A DNA stretch of 64,000 nucleotides, from contig OY760183.1 in assembly GCA_963663275.1 (NCBI GenBank), positions 1,472,001 through 1,536,000 of the forward strand. Direction: 5' to 3'. Both the position numbers and the translations under genes were made by a program. Origin of the DNA: Chloroflexota bacterium (lineage in GTDB: Bacteria > Chloroflexota > UBA11872 > VXOZ01). Under the pieces are notes generated by a model, which saw nothing but the letters and a program-made list of their open reading frames with translations, had not been told where the DNA came from and made no database searches. Below are positions 8,839 to 17,403 of the stretch, piece by piece (the first letter of the stretch is position 1; every line of letters begins with the position of its first letter).

Positions 8839-11532
8839 ATGGCAATCAAGACGTGGCCCGCGGAGGTCAACAGCGTTCGCAAGGCAACGGTGGTCCCTTT
8901 CGATGAGGTAACGCTGCCGGAAGAGATCTTCATCGTGCCGGGCGCGCACTTCGATTTTGGCTGGTGCGCGGGCATCTCCGAGTGCCTGGCCTACGCCGAC
9001 GAGCTTATCAAAGGCTCGATTGACGCCATCACCGGCCCGGCGCCGGACTACCGCTTCACGGTTGAGTACGCCGCCTTTCTGCGCCACTTCATCACGCGCT
9101 TCCCGGAGTACCTGCCCACGGTGAAGCAGCTTATCAAGGAGCGCAAGCTCGAAACCACCGCCGCCATGGTGGGCTACATGGAGGACATCCTGGACGGCGA
9201 GATCATGGTGCGCGAAATTGTGCACGCCAAGCGCTTCGCCCGGGACGTGCTGGATTGCGACCTGCCCACGGCGCAGCACTCCGACTTGCCCGGCCACACA
9301 CCGCAGACGCCCCAACTCCTCGCCAAGGCCGGGGTGAAGTATTTCTCCTACACCCGTTTTCGGCCCTATTCGCCGGTGCATTGGTGGGAAGCGCCCGACG
9401 GCTCGCGGGTGCTGGCGGCCAACCACATGAACAACTACGGCTGGGCCTTCCTGCTCACCAACCCGGAATTCGGCTGGCTGCCCGACTACGAGGGCGATGA
9501 ACCGGAAGTGTACTCGATTTCCGAGGCCATGCGTCTCTGGCCGCTGCCGGTGCTGCTGATGATGGGCCAGTCCGACCTGCGTCCGCCGGTACCGGAGGAC
9601 ATGGTGGCTGCTGCAAAGAAACTTACCGCTGAAGGCAAGCTGAACTTCAGCTTCTCTACGATCACGGGTTTCTTCGAGGCGGCTGAGCGCACCGGCAAGG
9701 TGGACGACCTGCCCGTCTACGGCGGCCACTCTCCGTATGCCTTCTATTCCATTCCGGCATTTGCGCCCCGGGTCTATCTGGAAGCGCGCCGCGCGGAGAA
9801 TGCGCTGGCGAGCGCGGAGAAACTTTCGGCTATTCGCGGCTTGCTGGGACTGGGGGCGTACCCGCGCGCCGAGCTTGATCCGGCGTGGGAAGACCTCTAC
9901 AACTGCCACGACCACAACGTCGGCGGCAGGCACGGCGAACTCAACGACGACGTGCGCTACAAGACCGCCGTGCACGCCCACATGGTCGGTATGGAGATCG
10001 CGCGCGAGGCGAACAACCAGTTCGCCACCCACGTGAACTACGCGCCGCCCAGCGACGAGGCGCGCACGCTGCTCGTCAGCAACCCGCTCAACTGGGATCG
10101 CTCGGACGTGGTGGAAGACTACATGGAGTTCAACGGGGATAACGTCACCGGCGTCCGCGTTACCGACGGGCAGGGCAACGAGATGCCGTGCCAGGTGCTC
10201 AACGCCCAGAACGCCGGCGACGACCGGGTGGACTTTGCCGGTTTCGGTTATTCGCGGGTGGACTTCGCGTTCCTGGCGAAGGACGTGCCGTCGCTGGGCA
10301 TCAAGGCGTTCTACCTGGAACCAAGGGTCGGCGCCAGCGACCAGAACACCCGCCGCACGACGATGGAACACGTGGTGGAGAACGACCACTTCCGCCTGGA
10401 CGTTACCGGCGGCATGGTGAAGAGCCTGCAATGGAAGCGGCCGGACGGTTCGTCTGTGGAACTCGCCGCCCAGGCCGACCACTACTTCAACGAGGTGGTG
10501 GTGATCGAAGACCTGCGCTACGATCTGGAAGACTCCCAGGACGAGCAGGCTATGAAGGTGCCGACCACCGACGAGGCGCTGGAAGTGCAGGCCAGAGGCG
10601 AACAGTGGCTGGCGGACACGAACTTCACCGGCCGGGAGTGGCGCGCCAGCGACGGGCCCACCCAGGTGCAGTGGGTGGAGCGCGGCCCCATCTGGACGAC
10701 GGTCTGCCTGCGCAGCCACGTGCGGGAAGCCCCAATCGAGCAGCAGATCCGCCTGCACAATCACGAACCGCGCGTGGATCTGACCACCACCATCGACTGG
10801 AACGGCACGAAGAATACCCAGGTGCGCCTGGCCTTGCCCTGGAACGTGCCGGACGGCGAGGTGACCTATGAAGTGCCTTTCGGCAACGTGGTCTTTGGCC
10901 AGGGCGAGGTGCCGAATACCTATCGCGGCGACGGCACGCGCTGGGTGCAGAAGTGGCTGGACGTTTCCAACGGCGAATACGGCGTCACGCTGGGCACGAG
11001 CAACTGCGGCCACGCCATCAAGGGAACGACCGCCTATGCGAATCTCATTCGCACGGCCTATTCCTGCGGCACGCCCTTCTTCGAGTACCCGAATCTCGGC
11101 GTGCACACCTATCACGCCACGCTCGTGCCCCACGAAGGCGGCTGGCGGGGCGCGAACGCCGAGCGCGTCGGCTGGCAGCACTGGAACCCGCTGCAAGCCA
11201 CCAAGCTGGCTACGGCGGCGCCGATGCAGCCGTTCGCGGGCAACACGTTCCTGAGCGATGCGGAGAGTTTCGTGCGCGTGGACGCGCCGAACGTGGTGAT
11301 TACCACCATCCAGGAGCATCCGGACCGCGCCGGCAACTGGCTGCTGCGACTCTTCGAAGCGCACGGCGAGGACGCGACGGTCACGCTGCAACTGCCGCGC
11401 GCGGTGGAAGCGGCGTGGGTGACGAACCTCATGGGTGACTTGGAAACGGAACTTGCGGTTTCCGGCAACACGGTAACGGTACCGCTGGGCGGCTATGAGA
11501 TCGAGACGGTGGCCGTTGCGTTTGCGACGTAG
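8839..11532 (+). CDS. GH38 (alpha-mannosidase-like) glycoside hydrolase
   Basis: AHFDFGW (HxD Zn ligands), SDLPGH (nucleophile region), CHDH, TYEVPFG, C-terminal LLRLFEAHG; RBS ggagaag. Confidence 0.75.
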   Translation: MAIKTWPAEVNSVRKATVVPFDEVTLPEEIFIVPGAHFDFGWCAGISECLAYADELIKGSIDAITGPAPDYRFTVEYAAFLRHFITRFPEYLPTVKQLIKERKLETTAAMVGYMEDILDGEIMVREIVHAKRFARDVLDCDLPTAQHSDLPGHTPQTPQLLAKAGVKYFSYTRFRPYSPVHWWEAPDGSRVLAANHMNNYGWAFLLTNPEFGWLPDYEGDEPEVYSISEAMRLWPLPVLLMMGQSDLRPPVPEDMVAAAKKLTAEGKLNFSFSTITGFFEAAERTGKVDDLPVYGGHSPYAFYSIPAFAPRVYLEARRAENALASAEKLSAIRGLLGLGAYPRAELDPAWEDLYNCHDHNVGGRHGELNDDVRYKTAVHAHMVGMEIAREANNQFATHVNYAPPSDEARTLLVSNPLNWDRSDVVEDYMEFNGDNVTGVRVTDGQGNEMPCQVLNAQNAGDDRVDFAGFGYSRVDFAFLAKDVPSLGIKAFYLEPRVGASDQNTRRTTMEHVVENDHFRLDVTGGMVKSLQWKRPDGSSVELAAQADHYFNEVVVIEDLRYDLEDSQDEQAMKVPTTDEALEVQARGEQWLADTNFTGREWRASDGPTQVQWVERGPIWTTVCLRSHVREAPIEQQIRLHNHEPRVDLTTTIDWNGTKNTQVRLALPWNVPDGEVTYEVPFGNVVFGQGEVPNTYRGDGTRWVQKWLDVSNGEYGVTLGTSNCGHAIKGTTAYANLIRTAYSCGTPFFEYPNLGVHTYHATLVPHEGGWRGANAERVGWQHWNPLQATKLATAAPMQPFAGNTFLSDAESFVRVDAPNVVITTIQEHPDRAGNWLLRLFEAHGEDATVTLQLPRAVEAAWVTNLMGDLETELAVSGNTVTVPLGGYEIETVAVAFAT

Positions 11533-11598
11533 CGGTTCTGCGCCGTTGTTCAAATCGCACATGCCGCGGCCATGAGAGAGCAAGGATGGAGGAGTGTT

Positions 11599-12795
11599 AT
11601 GTCTGAAGACGTTGGTTTCGTCACCATGGGAGAGACGTCCGGCCGGGAGGACGCGCCGGAGATTGGCGTGGGGATGTTGGGCTACGCCTTCATGGGCAAG
11701 GCCCACAGCAACGCCCTGCGCAAGATTCCCTATATGGTCGATCCGTTGCCGGCCGTGCCGGCGCTGGTATCGATTTGCGGGCGCAATGAGGGCGCGGTGC
11801 GGGACGCCGCCGCCCGCTACGGCTTTCAGAAATACTGCACCGACTGGCGCGATCTGGTCCAGGACGACGCGATTCAGCTTTTCGATAACGGCGGCCCGAA
11901 CGACGTGCACGCCGAGCCGTGCATCGCCGCCGCCGAGGCCGGCAAGCACATCATTTGCGAGAAGCCCCTGGCGCGCACGGCCGCGGAAGCTAAGCCGATG
12001 CTGGAGGCGGTGCAAAAGGCCGGGGTGAAACACGCCTGCGCCTTCAACTACCGCTTCGTGCCGGCGCTGCGGCTGGCGCGCGAAATGATCGAGCGCGGCG
12101 AGTTGGGACAGATATACCACTTCCGGGCGGTCTACCTGCAAGAGTGGATCATGGACCCGCAGTTTCCCATGGTCTGGCGCTTGAAGAAGGACATCGCGGG
12201 CAGCGGCGCGCTAGGCGACCTGGGCGCGCACATCATCGACCTGGCGCGCTTCCTGGTCGGCGAACCCACCGCCGTATCGGGTCTCACGCAGACGTTCATC
12301 AAGGATCGCCCCACCGACGACGGCGGACGGGACACCGTGGACGTGGACGATGCGTTCGTCTCGCTGGTGCAGTTTGCGAATGGCGCGATCGGCACGCTGG
12401 AAGCCAGCCGCTACGCCAACGGGCGCAAGAACCACCAGCGCATCGAGATCAACGGCTCCAAGGGCAGCATCGTCTTCAACATGGAGCGGCTGAACGAGCT
12501 TGAAGTCCATCTCAGCGACAGCGAGCCGGGCGCGCACGCCCAGGGCTTCCGCCAGGTGCTCGTCACCGAGGCCGACCATCCCTTCTGGAAGTATTGGTGG
12601 CCCCACGGCCACATCATCGGCTGGGAGCATACGTTCGTGCACGAACTCACGCACCTGCTGGACGCCATCGTGAACGATACGCCGGTCGCGCCCTACGCCG
12701 CCGATTTCGAGGACGGCTACCGGGCCGCCGTGATCTGCGACGCGGTGCTGGAGTCAGCGGCCAACGGCGGCGCGCTGGTTCCAATACAATACTGA
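11599..12795 (+). CDS. Gfo/Idh/MocA family oxidoreductase
   Basis: GYAFMGKAH, CEKPLA, GALGDLGAHIID; RBS ggagg supports ATG 11599. Confidence 0.9.
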   Translation: MSEDVGFVTMGETSGREDAPEIGVGMLGYAFMGKAHSNALRKIPYMVDPLPAVPALVSICGRNEGAVRDAAARYGFQKYCTDWRDLVQDDAIQLFDNGGPNDVHAEPCIAAAEAGKHIICEKPLARTAAEAKPMLEAVQKAGVKHACAFNYRFVPALRLAREMIERGELGQIYHFRAVYLQEWIMDPQFPMVWRLKKDIAGSGALGDLGAHIIDLARFLVGEPTAVSGLTQTFIKDRPTDDGGRDTVDVDDAFVSLVQFANGAIGTLEASRYANGRKNHQRIEINGSKGSIVFNMERLNELEVHLSDSEPGAHAQGFRQVLVTEADHPFWKYWWPHGHIIGWEHTFVHELTHLLDAIVNDTPVAPYAADFEDGYRAAVICDAVLESAANGGALVPIQY

Positions 12796-12806
12796 GAGAG
12801 GCGATT

Positions 12807-13031
12807 ATGAAGAAGATTGAGGCCGAGGAATTCAAGAAACGGTGTCTGGAGTTGCTGGACGAAATGGAAGCCGGCGGCCTCATCATTACAAGAGACGGCA
12901 AGCCCGTCGCTCACGTCTTGCCGCTTGGCGGCAACAATGGCGACCTGATCGGCAGCCTGCGAGGCAAGATTGAGATAAAGGGTGACGTGTTCACCACCGG
13001 CCTCGACTGGGAAGCGAATGCGCAATCCTGA
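12807..13031 (+). CDS. Phd/YefM family antitoxin (orphan)
   Basis: MKKIEAEEFKKRCLELLDEM...IITRDGKPVAHVLP is a typical Phd N-terminus. Confidence 0.8.
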   Translation: MKKIEAEEFKKRCLELLDEMEAGGLIITRDGKPVAHVLPLGGNNGDLIGSLRGKIEIKGDVFTTGLDWEANAQS

Positions 13032-13186
13032 CGCGCACACGTACGAGTGTGCTTGGCAACAGCGGTCTTCGGTCCAGCCAAGCGTTGAGCGCGAGCGCGG
13101 AGAGCGCCCAGGCGACGGAAGACTGCGGACTCTCTTCGGAGTAAAATCATCGTAGCGAGACGTGAACGCACGAGGAGGCGCGAACC

Positions 13187-14155
13187 ATGAAACTTGGCGT
13201 ATTGACGGTGCTCTTGGGCGATTTGCCCTTCGAGGAGGCGTTGGACTACCTGCGCGACCTGGGCGTGCAGTCCGTGGAGATCGGCTGCGGCAACTATCCC
13301 GGCAACGCCCACTGCGACCCGGACGCGCTGCTGCACGACGACAAGGCGTGCGACGCTTTTCTCAATGCCGTGACCAGCCGCGACATGGAGATTTGCGCGC
13401 TGGCCGCCCACGGCAATCCGCTGCATCCCAACCCGAAAATCGCGCGGGCGCACGCCGAGACCCAGCGCAAGGCCATCCAACTGGCCCACAAGCTGGGCGT
13501 GGAGACTGTGGTGGGCTTCTCCGGCTGCCCGGGCGATTCCGAGGGGTCGCAATACCCGAATTGGGTGACGTGTCCCTGGCCGACGGATTATCTGGAGATT
13601 CTCGAGTGGCAGTGGGAGAAGAAGGTCATCCCCTACTGGAAGGAAGAGGCCGACTTCCTGCGGGAGCACAACGCCCGCATCGCGCTGGAGATGCACCCCG
13701 GTTTCGTGGTCTACAATTCCGAGACCTGCCTGCAACTGCGGGAAGCCTGCGGCCCGGAGGTTGGCGCGAACCTGGATCCCAGCCACCTCTTCTGGCAGGG
13801 CTGCGACATCATCGCCGTTATTCGCGAACTGGGCGAGGCCGGCGCGCTCTACCACTTCCACGCCAAGGATACCAAGGTGCATCCCTTGAACGCGGCCAAG
13901 CACGGCGTGCTGGATACCAAGTCCTACACCGACGAGGCGAACCGCTCGTGGCTCTTCCGCAGTGTCGGTTACGGCCACGACTACGGCTACTGGAAGGACA
14001 TCGTGAGCGAACTGCGCCTGGCGGGCTACGACGGCGTGCTCTCCATCGAGCACGAGGATAGCCTGATGTCGTCCAACGAGGGCCTGGAAAAGGGCGTGAA
14101 GTTTCTCAAGGAAATTCTGATCTTCGAAGAGCCCGGCACGGCGTATTGGGCGTAG
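13187..14155 (+). CDS. Sugar phosphate isomerase/epimerase (TIM barrel)
   Basis: ALEMHP, NLDPSH, HFHAKD, SIEHED metal ligands; RBS gaggagg. Confidence 0.9.
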   Translation: MKLGVLTVLLGDLPFEEALDYLRDLGVQSVEIGCGNYPGNAHCDPDALLHDDKACDAFLNAVTSRDMEICALAAHGNPLHPNPKIARAHAETQRKAIQLAHKLGVETVVGFSGCPGDSEGSQYPNWVTCPWPTDYLEILEWQWEKKVIPYWKEEADFLREHNARIALEMHPGFVVYNSETCLQLREACGPEVGANLDPSHLFWQGCDIIAVIRELGEAGALYHFHAKDTKVHPLNAAKHGVLDTKSYTDEANRSWLFRSVGYGHDYGYWKDIVSELRLAGYDGVLSIEHEDSLMSSNEGLEKGVKFLKEILIFEEPGTAYWA

Positions 14156-14220
14156 GGCCTTTTGCCGCGTTGGCGGCCTGAAGAATTGCGGTAAGAGTGC
14201 GGCGCCGCGCCCGTGCCGCG

Positions 14221-14270
14221 GCGCCTGGGTGGTAGGGGCACGACATGTCGTGCCCCTACCACCCAGGCGC
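14221..14270. repeat. Family-D REP forming a 50-bp perfect palindrome
   Basis: gcgcctgggtggtaggggcacgaca|tgtcgtgcccctaccacccaggcgc. Confidence 0.9.
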
Positions 14271-14400
14271 AAGTCGCGCCCCAACAACCAGGCGCAAGTC
14301 CTGCCCCCGTACCCAAGAACATGCCGCGCCCCTACGCCTGGGAAGAGGCGATGCTCGTTTCCCAATTGGCCCAAAGACGCAGCCACCGAGGACATAGGCT

Positions 14401-15234
14401 ATGAAAGATACAAGCTGTTCTACGTCGCTCTTCCGGGACCGCGAACTTGACGCGGCGCTGGACGCCATCGAGGCGGTCGGCTTTCCCCAGGCCGAACTCA
14501 ACGTACGAGAGCCGCACGTCCACGGGGCGGACGCCGCTGAAGAACGCCGCCTGCGGCGTCTGTTCGCGGCGCGGGCGGTGCGGGCGCGGACGATGCACGC
14601 GCCGTCGGGCCGATACATACTGGGCACGTTGGATGAGGCATGGAACCGCGAGAGCGTCGGTGTCTTGAGCGAATACGCGCGTATGGCCGGCAATCTCGGC
14701 CTGACCGAAATGGTCATTCATCCCATCCCCAGCCTGACCCTTGTGCCGAATTCCGCCGACCCCGCGATTTCCCAGCAAATTCGAGAGGGGATGCGGCGCT
14801 CGCTGGACGCGCTGCTGCCCGTTGTCGAGGAGGCCGGTGTAAGGATCACTGTGGAGAACTTGCCGTATCCGGCAACGCCGTTCAACAACATGGCGGAGTT
14901 GCGAGAGGTCATAGAGCCATATCCCCGCGCCTCGGTGGGGCTCATCCTGGACTTTGGACACGCCGGCCGGGTCGAACGCGCGCCGGAGGACGAACTGCGC
15001 GTTGCCGGAGACCGCCTCTGCGGCACGCACATCCACGATCTCGACGCCCGCGACGGCCTGGTTGACCACCACTCGCCCGCGCTCGACTACTTCGACTGGG
15101 CCGCGATCCGCCGCACCTTCACCGAGATCGGCTACCAGGGCCCGTGGACGCTGGAGGTTTCCAAACCCAGCCGCGGCGAAAGCCTCGAAGAATTGGCCGC
15201 GGAGATCGCCACCTGGGTTGCCGGTTGGCTGTAG
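14401..15234 (+). CDS. Sugar phosphate isomerase/epimerase (TIM barrel)
   Basis: VENLP, LDFGH, THIHD, GPWTLE. Confidence 0.85.
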   Translation: MKDTSCSTSLFRDRELDAALDAIEAVGFPQAELNVREPHVHGADAAEERRLRRLFAARAVRARTMHAPSGRYILGTLDEAWNRESVGVLSEYARMAGNLGLTEMVIHPIPSLTLVPNSADPAISQQIREGMRRSLDALLPVVEEAGVRITVENLPYPATPFNNMAELREVIEPYPRASVGLILDFGHAGRVERAPEDELRVAGDRLCGTHIHDLDARDGLVDHHSPALDYFDWAAIRRTFTEIGYQGPWTLEVSKPSRGESLEELAAEIATWVAGWL

Positions 15235-15327
15235 CGGGTGCATAGAGTCCGCCGGTAGATGTTCTGCGGTTGGCTGGGAATGTCTCCGTTGTGGCATTCG
15301 CATGCGCCGCAGAGCCTACGAACTGTG

Positions 15328-15624
15328 CCCCCTCACCCTAACCCTCTCCCAGAGGGAGAGGGGATAAGAGGCGCGTACGCGCTGGGCTTCATCTGCCCCC
15401 TCTCTCCCAGGAGACCTTTGCGTAACCTTGGGCGGCGCTCCTTCTACTCCCTCTCCCTGGGGAGAGGGCCGGGGTGGAGGGGGGAATCCTCGTCGGTTCC
15501 GCCTCATTTCGCAAGGCTTCAGTATGAGGCGCCGCATAATCTCCCCTCACCCTAACCCTCTCCCCAGGGAGAGGGAACTTTTCGCCTCTCAGCGAGGTTT
15601 CGCAAAGGTCTCCCCAGGGAGAGG
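15328..15624. repeat. Cluster of family-A REPs between convergent genes
   Basis: Several ccctcaccctaaccctctccc...gggagaggg copies in both orientations. Confidence 0.8.
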
Positions 15625-15639
15625 ATGCCTGTTTGCAGG

Positions 15640-16371
15640 CTATTCGCGGCTCTGGGGCCGGCGCCACGTGGCTTCCAGCCGGTCTTGGGGGGTGAAGCCC
15701 AGCAGGCGCTTGGTCTTCTCGTTGGAGAAGCGTTGGTGGGGCAGGTCGGCGTGGATGTTGAAGACCTCGCAGCGGGAGGGGAGCGTCGCCAGGTCTACCG
15801 CCAGGCCCAGGCGGATGGCTTGCGCCGCGTCGCGCCAGGTGATGGCGAACGGGTGGCCGCGCCCCGGGTTGACCTCATCGTGGTCGCGGAAGTTGTAGAA
15901 GAGGAAGCAGAGCACGTACACGTCGTGGTTTTCCGTGAAGACCTTGCAGATCTCCTGTCCCAGCCCCTTGCTGAGGGCGTAGAGACTGGTGCTGGGATGG
16001 GGCGGCACGTCGGGGTTTATCTCGTAGTCGAACGTCGTGTAGGTGTCGCCCTGGATGGTGAAGTGCGGGCCGGTATTGAGCACGCGGGGGATGCCGTGGG
16101 CCACCGCCGCGCGCATCATGTTGTAGCAGCCGCGGGCGTTCACGTCGAACGCCGCTTGCCGGTCGGGGCGCACCACCGAGCAGTTGACGATGGCGTCCAT
16201 GCCTTCCGCCGCGCTTAGGATGTCTTCCGGATCCGCGATGTCCACGCGCCGGTACTCATGCCGCGTATAGACCGGCGCAACGTCGGTAACGCGCAAGGTA
16301 TGGTCGCCTTCCAGGGCGCGGATGACGTGGGGCCCCAGTCGCGCCGCCCCGCCGAGAATGAGCACTCTCAT
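15640..16371 (-). CDS. NAD(P)-dependent epimerase/dehydratase (extended SDR, uronate-dehydrogenase-like)
   Basis: MRVLILGGAARLG, YALSK (YxxxK); ATG overlaps the upstream stop (ATGA). Confidence 0.8.
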   Translation of the reverse strand: MRVLILGGAARLGPHVIRALEGDHTLRVTDVAPVYTRHEYRRVDIADPEDILSAAEGMDAIVNCSVVRPDRQAAFDVNARGCYNMMRAAVAHGIPRVLNTGPHFTIQGDTYTTFDYEINPDVPPHPSTSLYALSKGLGQEICKVFTENHDVYVLCFLFYNFRDHDEVNPGRGHPFAITWRDAAQAIRLGLAVDLATLPSRCEVFNIHADLPHQRFSNEKTKRLLGFTPQDRLEATWRRPQSRE

Positions 16372-17096
16372 CGTTCGCTCCCCGGGTTTCCCTGGCGCGG
16401 TGTGAAGCCCAACCCGTCGCGCGCCTTTACGGTACTGAAACGCGCGCCCGGAAACTCTGATTGAATGTGATAGACGGTCCACGGTTCCGGCGGCGCGGCC
16501 AAGGCGCGGGCGAAAGCCCGCACCGCGTCCGCTTGCGCCAGCCGCGTGGAGCCGGCCGGCGGTGGGGCGCTGGCATCGGCTTCACTGAGGTTTCCCAGGC
16601 GCAGGCACGTGACGGCCATGCGCCCTTCCCGCGCGAATTCGCGGCAGACGAACTCGCCCAGATGGCGCGCCAGCACCGGCGGTTCGGTGGAGGGCCGGGG
16701 CCGCCATTGCTCGTCGATTGCCCAATCCTCGTCGCAGTTCGCGAAGAGGCCCAGGCTGCTGGCGTAGACGCAGCGGGAAACGCCGGCCGCCCTGGCGGCA
16801 AGCAAGAGGTTGTAGGTGCGGCGGGTGTGGTAGTCGAGCAGCCGGTTCGCCGCGGACTCCGCGTCTTCCGACTTGCTTGCGGCGTTCTCAGAATGAAGTG
16901 CGGCCAGGTGGATGAGCGCGTCCACCCCGGCCACCAGGCGGTCGGTCTCCGCATCATGGCCCAGCGCGCAGCGGGTGAACGGCCACGGTCCCGGCGCGTC
17001 CACCACGTCCGTCAGGCGCACGTCGTGTTCCGTAGCGAGCGCCTCCGCCAGGTTTTGGGCCAGGGCGGATGCGCCCGCCGTAATCAGGATGTTCAT
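16368..17096 (-). CDS. NAD(P)-dependent epimerase/dehydratase-like paralogue (catalytic YxxxK not evident)
   Basis: MNILITAG, LIHLA, VYASS, LRLG; translationally coupled to the downstream paralogue. Confidence 0.7.
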   Translation of the reverse strand: MNILITAGASALAQNLAEALATEHDVRLTDVVDAPGPWPFTRCALGHDAETDRLVAGVDALIHLAALHSENAASKSEDAESAANRLLDYHTRRTYNLLLAARAAGVSRCVYASSLGLFANCDEDWAIDEQWRPRPSTEPPVLARHLGEFVCREFAREGRMAVTCLRLGNLSEADASAPPPAGSTRLAQADAVRAFARALAAPPEPWTVYHIQSEFPGARFSTVKARDGLGFTPRQGNPGSER

Positions 17097-17180
17097 CCCA
17101 GCGGCTCCATCTTGTTTCTTCCAGAGTCTTGCAGCCCGCAGTCACGAGCCGCGGGTCGCGGTCGAGCGGGGGACAAGCCC

Positions 17181-17342
17181 CAATACTGTCGCATTAACGT
17201 AGCGCGGGGGCTTGTCCCCCGCCGGAATAAGAGAAATGCTAACGAAATGGATTGACCCTACGGAAGACGCAGGTTACAAACCTGCGCTACCGGAGAAACG
17301 AGCGTTGTTTTCACTCTCATTGTGTTTAATGCGACAGCATTG
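17181..17342. mobile_element. MITE family 2 (CAATRCTGTCGCATTAA ends) inserted in a family-B REP, carrying a B+C REP pair
   Basis: 17-bp TIRs caatactgtcgcattaa / ttaatgcgacagcattg; 11-bp direct repeat gggacaagccc on both sides; removing the element restores an intact family-B REP. Confidence 0.8.
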
Positions 17343-17403
17343 GGGACAAGCCCCCGCGCTACGTGGAGGCGCGCAATCGCGGCCGGGCGTTGGCGCGTAT
17401 TCA

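Noticed and set aside
8161-12141. 1326-aa minus-strand ORF, plus other long antisense ORFs (5594-7315, 17212-18741, 24709-26205, 29167-30795, 42130-43677, 57386-58780)
   Set aside because: Shadow frames opposite well-supported genes in high-GC DNA; no recognisable motifs
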